Source: Chiloscyllium plagiosum (Eukaryota). From it: a DNA stretch of 64,000 bases. Position 1 is the first letter of the stretch. Each line of letters starts with the position of its first letter. The position numbers and the translations under genes are program-made. Under the pieces are notes generated by a model. The model saw only the letters and a list, made by a program, of their open reading frames with translations. It was not told the DNA's origin and did not search any database. Location: contig NC_057718.1 in the NCBI RefSeq assembly GCF_004010195.1, positions 70,167,382 through 70,231,381 on the forward strand, read 5' to 3'. Positions 12,901-23,934 of this stretch are shown piece by piece.

Positions 12901-15900
12901 TGAAACCCTAAAGGTTCTATCCTCTAACCAAAAATATACAAAAAATGTGGAATTTTTTGATTTAAGTTGAATGTCAAACAGAATCATCACAACTAAACTT
13001 CCTTAGACACCCCTCTGAACTCATCTTCTACAACTCATTAGCTCTTTGATTTATTTCTTTTTCTCCCCTGTAAGGAATATTGGAACATTTTCTATGTCAA
13101 AGCCCAATATAGATGCAGAAGATTATTGTTGCCTGTTCATTGTGTGGCAGTCTCCTTTGATGTTGTAAATATCAGTTGGGCCAGCGTAATGCTCAGCACA
13201 TGATTCACTCTTAGTATCTTGAAGGGGAGCAATTGTAATACTAAAAGACAATGATACCTAAAATCTTTACAGTGTGTGAAACTACATTATAAAATAGCAT
13301 TATGAAGTAGATGAGAAATCTAAGGAAATTTAAATCTGAAAACCAATCAGCTGGGGCCATTTGATTTGATTATTAAATTTTTCATATCTGGGTGATTTAG
13401 CTGTCAATGATAAATACTGGTTGTGACAACATTGAACACATAGAAATGAATAGAGATGGAAATTTTGACATGAGACACACGGTGGTCGGGGATCTTATTC
13501 AGCTCATAGTGTTTACAGGTATGACAAATTTCAGCTCTGAGGATAGCTTGAACAAGTTGGAACTGTTCTCCCTGGAGTGAAGAAGTCTGAAAGGAGAGCT
13601 GATTGAGGTTTCTAAAATCATGAGTGGGCTGAAGAGAGTGGATAAGGTGAAGCTGTTCCTGCTTGTAAAAGAAACAAGAATGGAAGGGCATAGATTTAAG
13701 TAATGTGCAAATGTCACAGATTGAGTTATTAGTATGGAATGCCAATGCACAGGCTGGAAGTGTGATAGAGACAGGTTCAATTGAGGCATTCAAAGGGGCA
13801 CTGGATGTTTTTTTTGGCTAGTAGTGGTGTGCAGGGATTTGGGGAAAAGACAGGAGATTAACACCAGATAATTGAGCTGAATTAGATGACAGAGCTGATT
13901 AAGCAGAATAGCCTCCTTCAGCACTGTAATAATTCTGTGATAGTAATGTAAGAAAGCTATTTTGAATTTATTAAGTGCTTTAAGACCATTACAGAGCAGG
14001 CCAATTGTAAGAGCCATCAAATATCAAGGAACAATGACAGGCGGAGAAAGACAACTGTGTGGTATACAAAGATTTTGAAGAAATGATTTTACAGTACTTA
14101 ATTCCTAGTTAGTGGCTGTGACTGTTGTCCTGTAGGAAGGGAAGCTGCTGTCCTTACCTGGTCTGACCTACATGTGACTCCAGATCCATAGCAATGTGGT
14201 TGATGCTTAACTGCCATCTGGACAATTGGGGATGGGCAATAAATGCTGGCCTAGCCAGCAACTCCCTCATTCCATGAATGATTTTTTAAAAATTTCTAAT
14301 TTGATTTTCAAATTGTCTGCTAAATCGTCCTTAATATCAGAGATATTCACTAGGGAACAATTTAGGTTTATTCTGATTGATGTTTCTGGTATGATTATCA
14401 AAGCTAAATATTTTCTATACAGGTTGTGGATCTGATGCAGTTTCTCATTGAGAACTGTTGTCTAATACTTGGGGATGATATAACCACACTTCTTGGCGAA
14501 CCAGTGCTAGTGCTACCAGAATGCAGTGATAAAGCAGGTAAGTCAAACATGGTTTGTCTAGTACATCACATTAAGAGTTTCATTTGGTAAGGTGTAACAC
14601 ATACAAGTATTTCATAACTGATACTTGAATTACATTAAAATGTAGTTATTATTGTATTGAAGGCTAATATCACAGCAAGTTTACGTGCAGCAAGTTTCCA
14701 TAAACAGAAAACAAAATGTTGGGGGTGACATGGTGGTTTCAATTCCACCCTCAGCCAACTGTCTGTGTGGAGTTCGCATATTCTCCCTGTGTCCGCATGG
14801 GTTTGCTCCAGTTTTGTCCCATAGTTCAAAATGTGCAGGTTAGGTGGATTGATCATGGTAAATTGCCCAAAGTGTCCAGGAATATGCAGGCTACGTAGTT
14901 TGGCCATGGAAAATACAAGGTTACAGGGAGCGGGTGGGTGTCGGTCTGGGTGGAATGCTCTTGGAGACTTTGTGTGGACTTAGTGAGCCAATCGGCCTGT
15001 TTCCACAATGTAGAGTTTCTAAGATGTTTATATTTTGTTCCTGATGGAAAAATGTGGTCAGGACTTTGGGACAATATTTCTTTTTTAAAATGAACAATAG
15101 GTTTTTTTTCACATTCAAGCTAAGAGGAGACTGGTTTGATGCTTCACCCAAAAGGTGACATCTGTGCGCATGTTAAAATCCTTCACTCAAACCTATGGAA
15201 TTTTCTACCTGAGAAGGCTGTGGAGGCCAAGTCACTGAATATATCCAAGAAAGAGAATTTATTTTAGGTTTTTTGGGTTTTAAAGGATTCGGTGGTATGA
15301 GGAGAAAGCTGGAATATAGCATCAGGATGGAGAACCAGCCATGATCAAAATGAATGGTGGAGCAGGCCAGAGGGCTGAATGGCCTATGCCTGGTCTTATT
15401 CTGTAATTTTATGTTTCTAAGCTCTGTAAATAGACTTGAATTCTTGACCCTCTCACTCATAACCAAGAGTGCTTCTAGCTAAACCAAAGTGTTTGTCATT
15501 TTATTCACAGACATGTTATCTTCTCAGCAAAATGACTCTGCTTATGATAGCACTGACCAGGATGACTGGAAAGATGGGTGGAATGAGAAAAGACGACGTG
15601 CAAACTCAAGCTGTTACCAACTATTGAGGAGCAATGGAGAGCTGAGAATGGACAGAAAACAGAATGGTAAAATGGACATTGATGCTGGAGACTGCACTCC
15701 AACTTCTTGTAGCACTGAATCAATGGATGCTACTTATGGAGTACCCTTGAGAGCTGAGGCCACACCCCCGCCTGCACTCACAATTGAACATTATACTGTA
15801 AGGATAAACAGACGCTGCTCATTACCAATAATAGGTTTCAACTCCAGCTCAAAAATGATCAACCAGCAGGAATTATTAGCAAGAAGTCATGATGATTGCT

Positions 15901-16901
15901 CAATCTCATCTGATGGCCTGCATTTTAATAGGCAACAAATGGCAAAACAGGTATCTGCGGAAAGTTTCACAAAGTTTAGCGGCAGCATGGCAGGCAACCT
16001 TAATGCCAGTTCACATTCTGAGCTTTCTATAGCCTCCTCCTCCAAGGCCTCTTCCATTTCCTCTTTGGCTAGTTCATATTCAAACATATCAGAAAACTCT
16101 GTTTTTATCAATTCGCCACTTGTCTCCCCGACTTATTGCAGTGAGGAGAATTCCTCCTTTTCAGAGTGTCCAGAAAAACCTCAAGCAAATTCTATTCAGG
16201 TCCCTGATAATAATGCAAAACCTATGAAAGAAAAAGTCAAGAAACTGCTGAGAAAAACTCAAAGCTGGGACCCTGCAAGGACATTTAACACAAACCAGAA
16301 ATCCTGCAAGGAAAATAGCTGGAAAGAAAAAGTTCCCACTTGTGAGACAGTGCACGAAGACCAAGTCAATCAGAGCAATGCTGTCAGGTACAGGGCACGC
16401 ACAATTTCTATTGATGAGGTTTTTCAGCAAGTCGATAGCAAAAGACTTTGTAACCCACCTCCATATCAACAAGCTGTTGAAGAAAATAATCCAATTCCCC
16501 CTGATGTTACAAGGAAAGGAATGACTGTGAAAAACATGAGAAGATTGTCTCAATTGGAAGAAGTAAAAAAACTCTATTGTCCAATTATTGCTGGGCAGAA
16601 AACTAGACCTTGTTCTTTAACAGAGGATCTACTCTATTCTTTGTGGCAAGATCATTGCACAAACCATTTTGATTCTTGTGCTAAGCAGGGACAACCTAAA
16701 CCTGCTGATCAGTGTAAAGAGTCACACAACAATTTTGAAAACGATATGCACCCTACAGGATTTGAAAAGGCACAACAATATAGGGGGAGAGCGATGTCTG
16801 AATGCATAAGAAGAAGCAATCATGAACAGTTATGCAGACATTTCAGTCAAAGCCTTGAGGACTCTGAACAGATTCAGCATGCTAAAGAATCTTATGTGTA
16901 A
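6913..16901 (+). CDS. TAGAP: T-cell activation RhoGAP (TAGAP)-like protein, 10 coding exons, ~818 aa (769 aa if the 9126-9272 exon is skipped)
   Basis: join(6913-6939,7823-7900,8228-8291,9126-9272,9853-10025,10384-10545,10642-10751,11506-11695,14423-14537,15511-16901); all introns GT-AG with matching phases; 2457 nt open; RhoGAP motifs GIFRKSANAK and NLAICIGPNM, QNDSAYDS, C-terminal AKESYV resembling human TAGAP AKESYI. Orthologue versus paralogue not resolved. Confidence 0.88.
7823..7900 (+). CDS. TAGAP: TAGAP-like coding exon 2 (SKTLTISSMEEASETVKRVEQEPVEL)
   Basis: TTTTGACAG acceptor, GTGAGT donor; resembles TAGAP SKTLNANNME. Confidence 0.85.
8228..8291 (+). CDS. TAGAP: TAGAP-like coding exon 3 (RHDQNSGMVLPKSEDLSNSLI)
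   Basis: CCTTCAG acceptor, GTGAGT donor, phase 0-1; resembles TAGAP SEDSICQLI. Confidence 0.8.
9126..9272 (+). CDS. TAGAP: Coding exon 4, ARHGAP20 RA-domain-like (GNECPFATKMNQL...RCQIQSNS)
   Basis: CTCTTGTAG acceptor, GTATGT donor, 147 nt, phase 1-1, open; resembles ARHGAP20 GHEYPYGIKMSHL...CQF. Confidence 0.75.
9853..10025 (+). CDS. TAGAP: Coding exon 5 (..KNLWSSRKNS..GLFDRDLKDICDHDEMIAKPIL), RhoGAP start
   Basis: Pyrimidine tract plus CCAG acceptor, GTAAGT donor; resembles TAGAP LFDQPLSIICGDSDTLPRPIQ. Confidence 0.88.
10384..10545 (+). CDS. TAGAP: Coding exon 6, RhoGAP with arginine finger (GPSFVGIFRKSANAKACKEL)
   Basis: AG/GT bounded, 162 nt; catalytic Arg intact. Confidence 0.95.
10642..10751 (+). 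CDS. TAGAP: Coding exon 7 (EFLRRIPDSLLSTELYDSWM...)
   Basis: TTGCAG acceptor, GTACGT donor; RhoGAP FLRxIP motif. Confidence 0.93.
11506..11695 (+). CDS. TAGAP: Coding exon 8 (..NKMNAHNLAICIGPNMLWP..)
   Basis: CCCATAG acceptor, GTAAAT donor; RhoGAP C-terminal motif. Confidence 0.95.
13490..13945 (+). mobile_element. Decayed CR1 3' fragment (intronic)
   Basis: Degenerate LFSLE.R.LKGELIEV.KIM.GL.RVD motif of the CR1 ORF2 C-terminus. Confidence 0.75.
14110..14285 (+). mobile_element. DeuSINE/SacSINE1-like 3' portion
   Basis: CCTTACCTGGTCTGACCTACATGTGACTCCAGA Deu-like block plus GGGATGGGCAATAAATGCTGGCCTAGCCAGC tail; related decayed tails near 840-890, 6560-6610 and 11745-11790. Confidence 0.6.
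14423..14537 (+). CDS. TAGAP: Coding exon 9 (VVDLMQFLIENCCLILGDDI...)
   Basis: ATACAG acceptor, GTAAGT donor; FLIENC end of RhoGAP domain. Confidence 0.92.
14720..15021 (+). mobile_element. HE1-type (V-SINE) tRNA-derived SINE
   Basis: TGTGTGGAGTTCGCATATTCTCCCTGTGTC V-domain-like core and GGCCTGTTTCCAC tail. Confidence 0.8.
15511..16901 (+). CDS. TAGAP: Terminal coding exon, Ser-rich tail ending AKESYV
   Basis: TTCACAG acceptor; 470-aa ORF in track; QNDSAYDS, RRCSLP, SIDEVFQ, PPPY, MTV and AKESYV motifs parallel TAGAP. Confidence 0.95.
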
Positions 16902-17563
16902 TATGGGCAAAAGCTACTCTTTCTATGGTAGTGTTCGATTAAAGCACTAATACAGTCAAAAAAAGCTTTTGTCATGTTGCAAAGTTCTTACATGTTGATC
17001 TTCAATTAGTGAAGTCTTATGGTATAAAATGGCATTGTAATGTACTATTATTTGGAATCTTTGAAACTCCCTGGGACAATTGTAACCTAATTTTCTGAAT
17101 AAGAAACTAACAGGATCAGGTGAAAACCTGATTTTACACTCTGCCCAAATAGGGGCATTTTCAACCTATTCTGTCAGTTTGGAATCTGATGAGACTGCTT
17201 AAAACAACCTGGCTAAGTTTACCCATTGAGGTCAATGTATAATATTGGACAAGGTTTAAAATCAGCATTCCACTTGATCTAGTTAAGTTCTCACCCAGTG
17301 AGTTGCAGTAAAACTGTCCCCCGCTCCCTCCCTATCTATTACCAATAATTACACAATATTGAAATGAAAATCTGTGTCATGTAATTTCAATAGGAAATGA
17401 TGGAAGGGACTCAAAGTTGTTGCCATGAGTCATATTTGAAGTGATATCACTAAGCATTGTACATTTTGTGTGACATTTCATGTAAATAGTATACATAAAA
17501 TTATCAGATATCTCTACGTATGTAAAGGTCTTTGCAAAAATGTTTAAACTTTTTCACTACGAT

Positions 17564-17569
17564 AATAAA
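17564..17569 (+). terminator. Probable polyadenylation signal of the TAGAP-like gene
   Basis: AATAAA ~660 nt after the stop codon, followed by U/GU-rich sequence. Confidence 0.6.
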
Positions 17570-17900
17570 AATGTTTCCATTGGATCCTGTTCCACTTGTT
17601 TCATAATTTAAATTACTGCTATGTAAACACCATCATAGTACCTTTAGCCCATTGTTGGTTTAATATTCTAGTCTTTCAAAACTTTTGAAACAGTATTCTG
17701 AGATTCAAATATTTGAAGTTTGGTTAATTAATATAATTACATTGCAATCTGATACATCAGTCTGGGGAAAGTGTATAAGGACTCATGAGGAAGCATTTTA
17801 ACTGTAAGGAATGCATGGATTTGGATGCAGGAAAGGGGAAGATATGACAAATTCAAGCTTATTGGTGCCAACTCATCAACTTCTTCACGTAACTTAAGTA

Positions 17901-18127
17901 TAAAGTTAAAAATCACACAACACCAGGTTATAGTCCAACAAGATTAATTTGAAGCACACTAGCTTTCGGAGCGATGCTCCTTCATCAGGTGATAGTGACT
18001 ATCACCTGATGAAGGAGCGTCGCTCCAAAAGCTAGTGTGCTTCCAAATAAACCTGTTGGACTACAACCTGGTGTTGTGTGATTTTTAACTTTGTACACCC
18101 CAGTCCAAAACCAGCATCTCCAAATCA
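17901..18127. mobile_element. Palindromic Penelope-derived mini-element with hammerhead cores
   Basis: 95-bp inverted arms 17902-17996 and 17998-18092; 11-bp TSD TAACTTAAGTA at 17890 and 18128. Confidence 0.8.
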
Positions 18128-18289
18128 TAACTTAAGTAAATAAACTCATATGGAGAGACAGATCATTTATTAGCATAAGCTAATTGCTCGATTGAAAGGA
18201 TATTTCAGTATTGTTTTCAAATTTAATGGAACTTTCATGGGTTTCCCAGGCTTCCTGATACAAGGTGAAAAAAAAAACAAGAGCAGCTG

Positions 18290-18607
18290 AACATAGAACA
18301 TAGAACAATACAGCACAGAACAGGCCCTTCGGCCCACGATGTTGTGCCGAACATTTGTCCTAGCTTAAGCACCCATCCATGTACCTATCCAATTGCCGCT
18401 TAAAGGTCACCAAAGATTCTGACTCTACCACTCCCACAGGCAGCGCATTCCATGCCCCCACCACTCTCTGGGTAAAGAACCCACCCCTGACATCTCCCCT
18501 ATACCTTCCACCCTTCACCTTAAATTTATGTCCCCTTGTAACACTCTGTTGTACCCGGGGAAAAAGTTTCTGACTGTCTACTCTATCTATTCCTCTGATC
18601 ATCTTAT
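18290..18607 (-). mobile_element. Young CR1/HER1 3' end
   Basis: ORF MIRGIDRVDSQKLFPR..TRGHKFKVKGGRYRGDVRGGFFTQRVVGAWNALP; (TGTTCTA)n tail. Confidence 0.92.
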
Positions 18608-19526
18608 GACACAGAGACAGACAGCCTTTCTAATTCTGTATTTGCAATACAGTGATATTAAAATCTTCAAAGACCCTCAAAATTAACCCAAACAGTTCCT
18701 AACCATACTTTTGAATAACTAATCCCAGACATTGTGAACAGTCAATTCCAGGCACTCGATTGTATCTTAAACAAAAGGCTTAGCAATTTATTGATAACAC
18801 AGAAACTTTAGCAGAGTAATCTAGTCAATGATTTGATCCCAAAAGCCTTTTTCTCACTGAATTTACACAAAACACAGACAAACAAACAGGGATAAATAAA
18901 AGAAAAAAAAACTAAACTGTCCAGATTTCAGGATGTGTTGTTCCACAGATGCAGATGATAGGTTCTTGGTTGATGTTCTGAAAGTGTCAATCAGTCACTT
19001 TTACAATTCTCTCAGATAAAGGCAATAATGCTATACTTATAACTTAGTTTCCTAATATCTCAGTATCCAAGAGCTGCTAATGGGTAATTAGGCAGGGAGC
19101 TTCAAAGTATCCATGTTGTCGCATCAATAGCCAGATTGCTTCTTACAGAAAACTCAATGCTAAAGCCAATTCAAACTCTGACTACTGCCTGGCAGACTGT
19201 CTCCTCCACACGGTCCTAGTTACTATGCACCATCTTCCATAAGGTCTTTTCCAGATTTGTTTGAATGAATTCTCAGGTACAGACCTCATTAATAGCCAAC
19301 TTCTACTATCTGCTTAAACAGAAGGCTCTTCCCCAGTGACGAAGCACTTGCAGAACCTTTTGACCAAGAACCAACCAGCAAATAATTTCCAGGCTGGCCT
19401 CACAAATAAGCAAAAATTTGTTTGGTCTGTTTTCCTTTTCATAAAATTTGTTACCCACTGTCCAAATACCAATAAAAGTTCCCAGTTCATAACTCCAAGC
19501 CTAAATTGACAAAAGAATAAAACAAA

Positions 19527-20122
19527 GTTTGTGTGAAGATTTGTAGCTCGGGTGCTCATTGTTGTGGTTCTGTTTGCCGAGCTGGGAATTTGTGTTGCAG
19601 ATGTTTCGTCCCCTGTTTAGGTGACATCCTCAGTGCTTGGGAGCCTCCTGTGAAGCGCTTCTGTGATCTTTCCCCCGGCATTTGTAGTGGTTTGAATCTG
19701 CCGCTTCCGGTTGTCAGTTCCAGCTGTCCGTTGCAGTGGTCGGTATATTGGGTCCAGGTCGATGTGCTTATTGATTGAATCTGTGGATGAGTGCCATGCC
19801 ATGACAAGCAACATGAATTCGACTGGGACAACACTACTATTATAGGACAAGCCAAACAGAGAACAGCCAGGGAATTCCTAGAGGCATGGCACTCATCCAC
19901 AGATTCAATCAATAAGCACATCGCCCTGGACCCAATATACCGACCACTGCAACGGACAGCTGGAACTGACAACCGGAAGCGGCAGATTCAAACCACTACA
20001 AATGCCGGGGGAAAGATCACAGAAGCGCTTCACAGGAGGCTCCCAAGCACTGAGGATGTCACCTCGACAGGGGACGAAACATCTGCAACACAAATTCCCA
20101 GCTCGGCAAACAGAACCACAAC
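19527..20122. mobile_element. Penelope-like element 3' end (GIY-YIG C-terminus) with inverted pseudo-LTR
   Basis: HEFDWDNTTIIGQAKQRTAREFLEAWHS..SINKHIALDPIY; 241-bp inverted arms; 13-bp TSD AGAATAAAACAAA at 19514 and 20123. Confidence 0.9.
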
Positions 20123-20187
20123 AGAATAAAACAAAAAATAGTGAAAAATCAGTAATAGCTCCAACAAGTGGTAACTTCAAGTTACCG

Positions 20188-20815
20188 AGTCATAGAATTA
20201 ACAGCATGGAAACGTACCCTTCGGTTCAACTAATCCATGCCGATTAAGTTTCCTGAACTAAACTAGTCCCACTAAATTGAGTTTGACCCATATCTCTCTT
20301 AACCTTTCCTATTCATATATCTGTCCAAATTTGTTTTTAACCTATCCCTTCATCTACCTTTTCCTCTGGCAGTTCATTCCACTTACAAACTACTCTCTGT
20401 GAAAAGGATGCTTCTCAGGTCTCTTTTAAATCTTTCTTCTTCCATTTTAAACTCCCCCACCCTAAAGAAAAGAGCTTTGCTATTGATATTATCTATGCCC
20501 CTCATGATTTATAAACCTCTATAAGGTCACCCCTCAACCTCCTAAGCTCCAGAGAAAGAAGTTCCAGCCTCTCCTGATAATTTAAACCTTCTAGTCCCAG
20601 CAACCTCCTGGTAATTCTTTTTGAACCATCTCCAATTTAATAATTTCCTTCCTATAGCAGGGTGACCAGAAGTGTACACAATACTTTGAAAGTGTCCTCA
20701 CCAACGTCCTGTACAGCTTCAACATGAAACAACACTCCTGTACCTAATGGCCTTAGTATTGAAGAGAAGCCTTCTTAACCACCCTGTCTACCTGTGATGC
20801 AACTTCCAAAGAACT
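20188..20815 (-). mobile_element. Decayed CR1 3' fragment
   Basis: Reverse complement of a RLRGDLIEVYKIM-type region plus CR1 tail. Confidence 0.75.
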
Positions 20816-21849
20816 TCTAGGTCTCTCAGTTCGTGGAATTATTGTAAACAAATACTCAGTATTTACAGCTGCTTTCAGGCTGAGCGGGAAAGGATTTGTT
20901 CGTGATGCTTCGGCTGAGAGATTTTCTGACTCACAACAGGGTGAGTGCCACTTTTTCCTAAATTAGATCTCAGATCTGGGACAGTGTGATCTTCACTGGC
21001 AACAGCTGTGCTGATGAGAGTCCAGTCACTCGACAGTAGAGGTGAGCAGCAGAGGGGTTCATCTTCCTAGGAGCACCACCTGCACAATTGGATCTACAGA
21101 CTTCCCCAGTAGTGTCAGACAGCAATTCTTCAGGATATTCTGATTTATGCATGAAGTTATGGCAGTTATCTGCTGCCTGCTGGAAAAAGACAGGGTACAT
21201 GCTGAAGCTAATGACCATATGATTGACAAAGTCAAAGTCATCATCTCCCTCAACATTTTAGCCTCTGGATTTCTTAAGGGTTCTGCTGGAGTCATGTAAT
21301 TTTTTCATCCTTTGTGGGAAGTGAGCATTGTTGTCAAGACCAATTTCCCTTGAGACTCAGTTGGGCAGTCAACTTTTTCAACCGCTGCAATTGCCTGGTG
21401 TAGGTATACCCACTGTGCTTTTAGGAATGGGGTTTCAGGATTTTCATCCAGGAACAGTGACAGAACGACAATGTAGTTCCAGGTCATGATGATGTGTAAC
21501 TTAGAGGGTGATGCTCCCATGCATTTGTTGCCCTATTTTTTCTATGTGGTCGAGATCAGGAGTTTGGACAATGCTGTTAAAATGGATTTGATGAATTGCT
21601 GGAATGAATAGTTCATATTGTACACACTGATGCAACTGTACTTTTGCAATGGAGTGAGTGCATGTCTATGTTGACGTGTTAACGTTTGATTAATTTGGCT
21701 TTATTATTCTGATGGCATTAAACTTCATGGGTTTTATTGGAGTTGAAGCCAATCAGGCAAGTGGAAAGTAATCCATTGCAATCCTGAATTGTGCCTTTCT
21801 GGGCAAACTTTGGGAGACAAGAGGGGTGTTACATACTACAGAAATTCAG

Positions 21850-23680
21850 ACACTTGAAAAATTTAAAATTGGTAAGGAGGCAGTATTGATAGACTGTTTC
21901 TACCTACAGTTGATATCGCACCATGATAAATGAAATGCATCCAAGGATACTGAAGGAAATGTTGGTTGAGAGGAGGCACTGGCATAATTCTGTGATCTTC
22001 CGTAAGCATGTGTAGGTGCCAGAGAAGTGATAATTGCAAATATTACACTGTAGCTACAAACAGGCATAAAGCTAAGCCCAGCAATTATAGTTCAGTCAGT
22101 TTAGTTTCACACAGTGGAAAATTTTAGAAAGGACCATTTAAGCCACAATTAATAGTAACTTAGATTATTTGAGGATTGTATTTAACTAACTTGCTGGAGA
22201 CTTTAAATGAGGTAACAGAGAAGATTGAAAGGGTAATGCTGTTGATGTACATGTGTTTGCAGAAAATATTTCACAAAGTGCCGCACAACAGACATTTGGG
22301 AAACGTTACCATTCATGGAATGAGGGACCACAGCAATATGGATACAAACTTGGCAGAATGATAAAAAAACAGAAAGCTGGGGTAAATGCATGTTTATTTT
22401 TGGACTGGAGAAAGAGACCCGGGAATTGGACTTATCAACCATGTTCCTCCTCATGTATTATGATGATCTACACCTTGGTGTACAGGGCACATTTTTAAAA
22501 TCTCCAAATAATTCCAAACTTGGTAAAATTGCAAACTATGTTGAGGATAGCATAGAGGCTCAAGAGGACATAGTCAGGCTGGTTCAATGGATGGATAGGT
22601 CATAGAGTCATAGAGTCATATAGCACAGAAGTGGCAGCTGAAACTTAATGCAGACAAATGTGAATCAATTCATTTTGATCGAAAAAAATTGGAAACTCAA
22701 TATAAAATAAACAGCACAAAGAATATAATCCCTACAGTGTGGAAACAGGCCCTTTGGCCCAACAAGTCCACCTGACCCACCAAAGAGTATCCCACCCAGA
22801 TCCACTTCCCTGACATTTCCCCTGACTAATGCACCTACCCGACATATCCCTGAACACTATGGGATATAGCATGGCCAATTCACCTAACCTGCACAACTTT
22901 AGACTGTGGGAGGAAACGCATGCAGACAAACGGAGAACATGCAAACTCCACAGAGACAGTCACCCAAGGCTGGAATTGAACCCCAATCACTGGTGTTGTG
23001 AGGCAACAGTGCTGACCACTGAGCCACAAACCACAAACTGAAGAGGATTTATACATATTTAAAGATTGCAGAAAAGGTGGTTAATAAACAATGTAGAACC
23101 TTTGGTTTTATTAATAGTGACATTGAGTATAAAAGCAATCAAGTTATGTTAAGCTGATAGAGAATACTGGTTTAGTTCTAACTAGAGTATTGCACTCAAT
23201 AGGAAGGATATAAGGCATTAGAGAGAGTGCAGAAAAGATTTATGAGATTGGTACCATGCAGGAAAGAGGAGCTTCAATTACATAGATAGATTGGAGAACC
23301 TGAGACTCTGTTCCTTCAAAATTTATAGACATTTAATGAGGAGTGTGGACAGATTAGATAGGAAAACAACTGTTCCCATTGGAGAAAGGATCAAGAACAA
23401 AATAACACAGATTTAAGGTTATTGGCAAAAGAAACAATGTTGACATGGGAATAAACCTTTCTACATAGTGAGTGGTTAGCTTCTGGACTGAGCTGCCTGA
23501 GAGAGCAGTGAAGCATTATATCATTTGAAAGGAAATTGAATTTTTAATGGAGAAGTAAGAAAGTGCAGACTATGTGAGAAAACAGGCTAGTGACACGAGG
23601 TAAATTGCTCCTATGGAGTGGCAACCCAGATGTAGTGAGCCAAATGATCTTCTTGAGTGCTGTAACAATTCTGTGATTTT
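21850..23680 (+). mobile_element. Decayed CR1 RT region interrupted by an HE1 SINE
   Basis: Degenerate NY.SVSL, LTNLLE, QKIFHKVPH and LERVQKRF motifs. Confidence 0.75.
22725..23027 (-). mobile_element. HE1-type SINE
   Basis: Reverse complement of GTGGCTCAGTGGTCAGCACTG tRNA-like head through GGGCCTGTTTCCACACTGTAG tail. Confidence 0.85.
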
Positions 23681-23934
23681 AAATTATCTCTTATAACTTG
23701 CTTTTGTAGCCATGGTATTTATAGGACAGTTCCTGATCAATGGTAAGCACCAGGATGTTGGTAATGAAGAATTTAGTGATGGTAATTCATATAATGTCCA
23801 CAACAAATGATTCAATTCTCTCTTGTTGGAGATGGTCATTGCAAGATGTATGATAATTGCCACTTATTAGTTCAAGCCGGAATATTGCTCAAGTGTTGCT
23901 GCTTACAAGCGTAAACTGCATCAATATCTAATAG

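Noticed and set aside
20850..21300. Overlapping minus-strand ORFs as a further exon
   Set aside because: Short, no recognisable family, ambiguous frame; cannot be supported.
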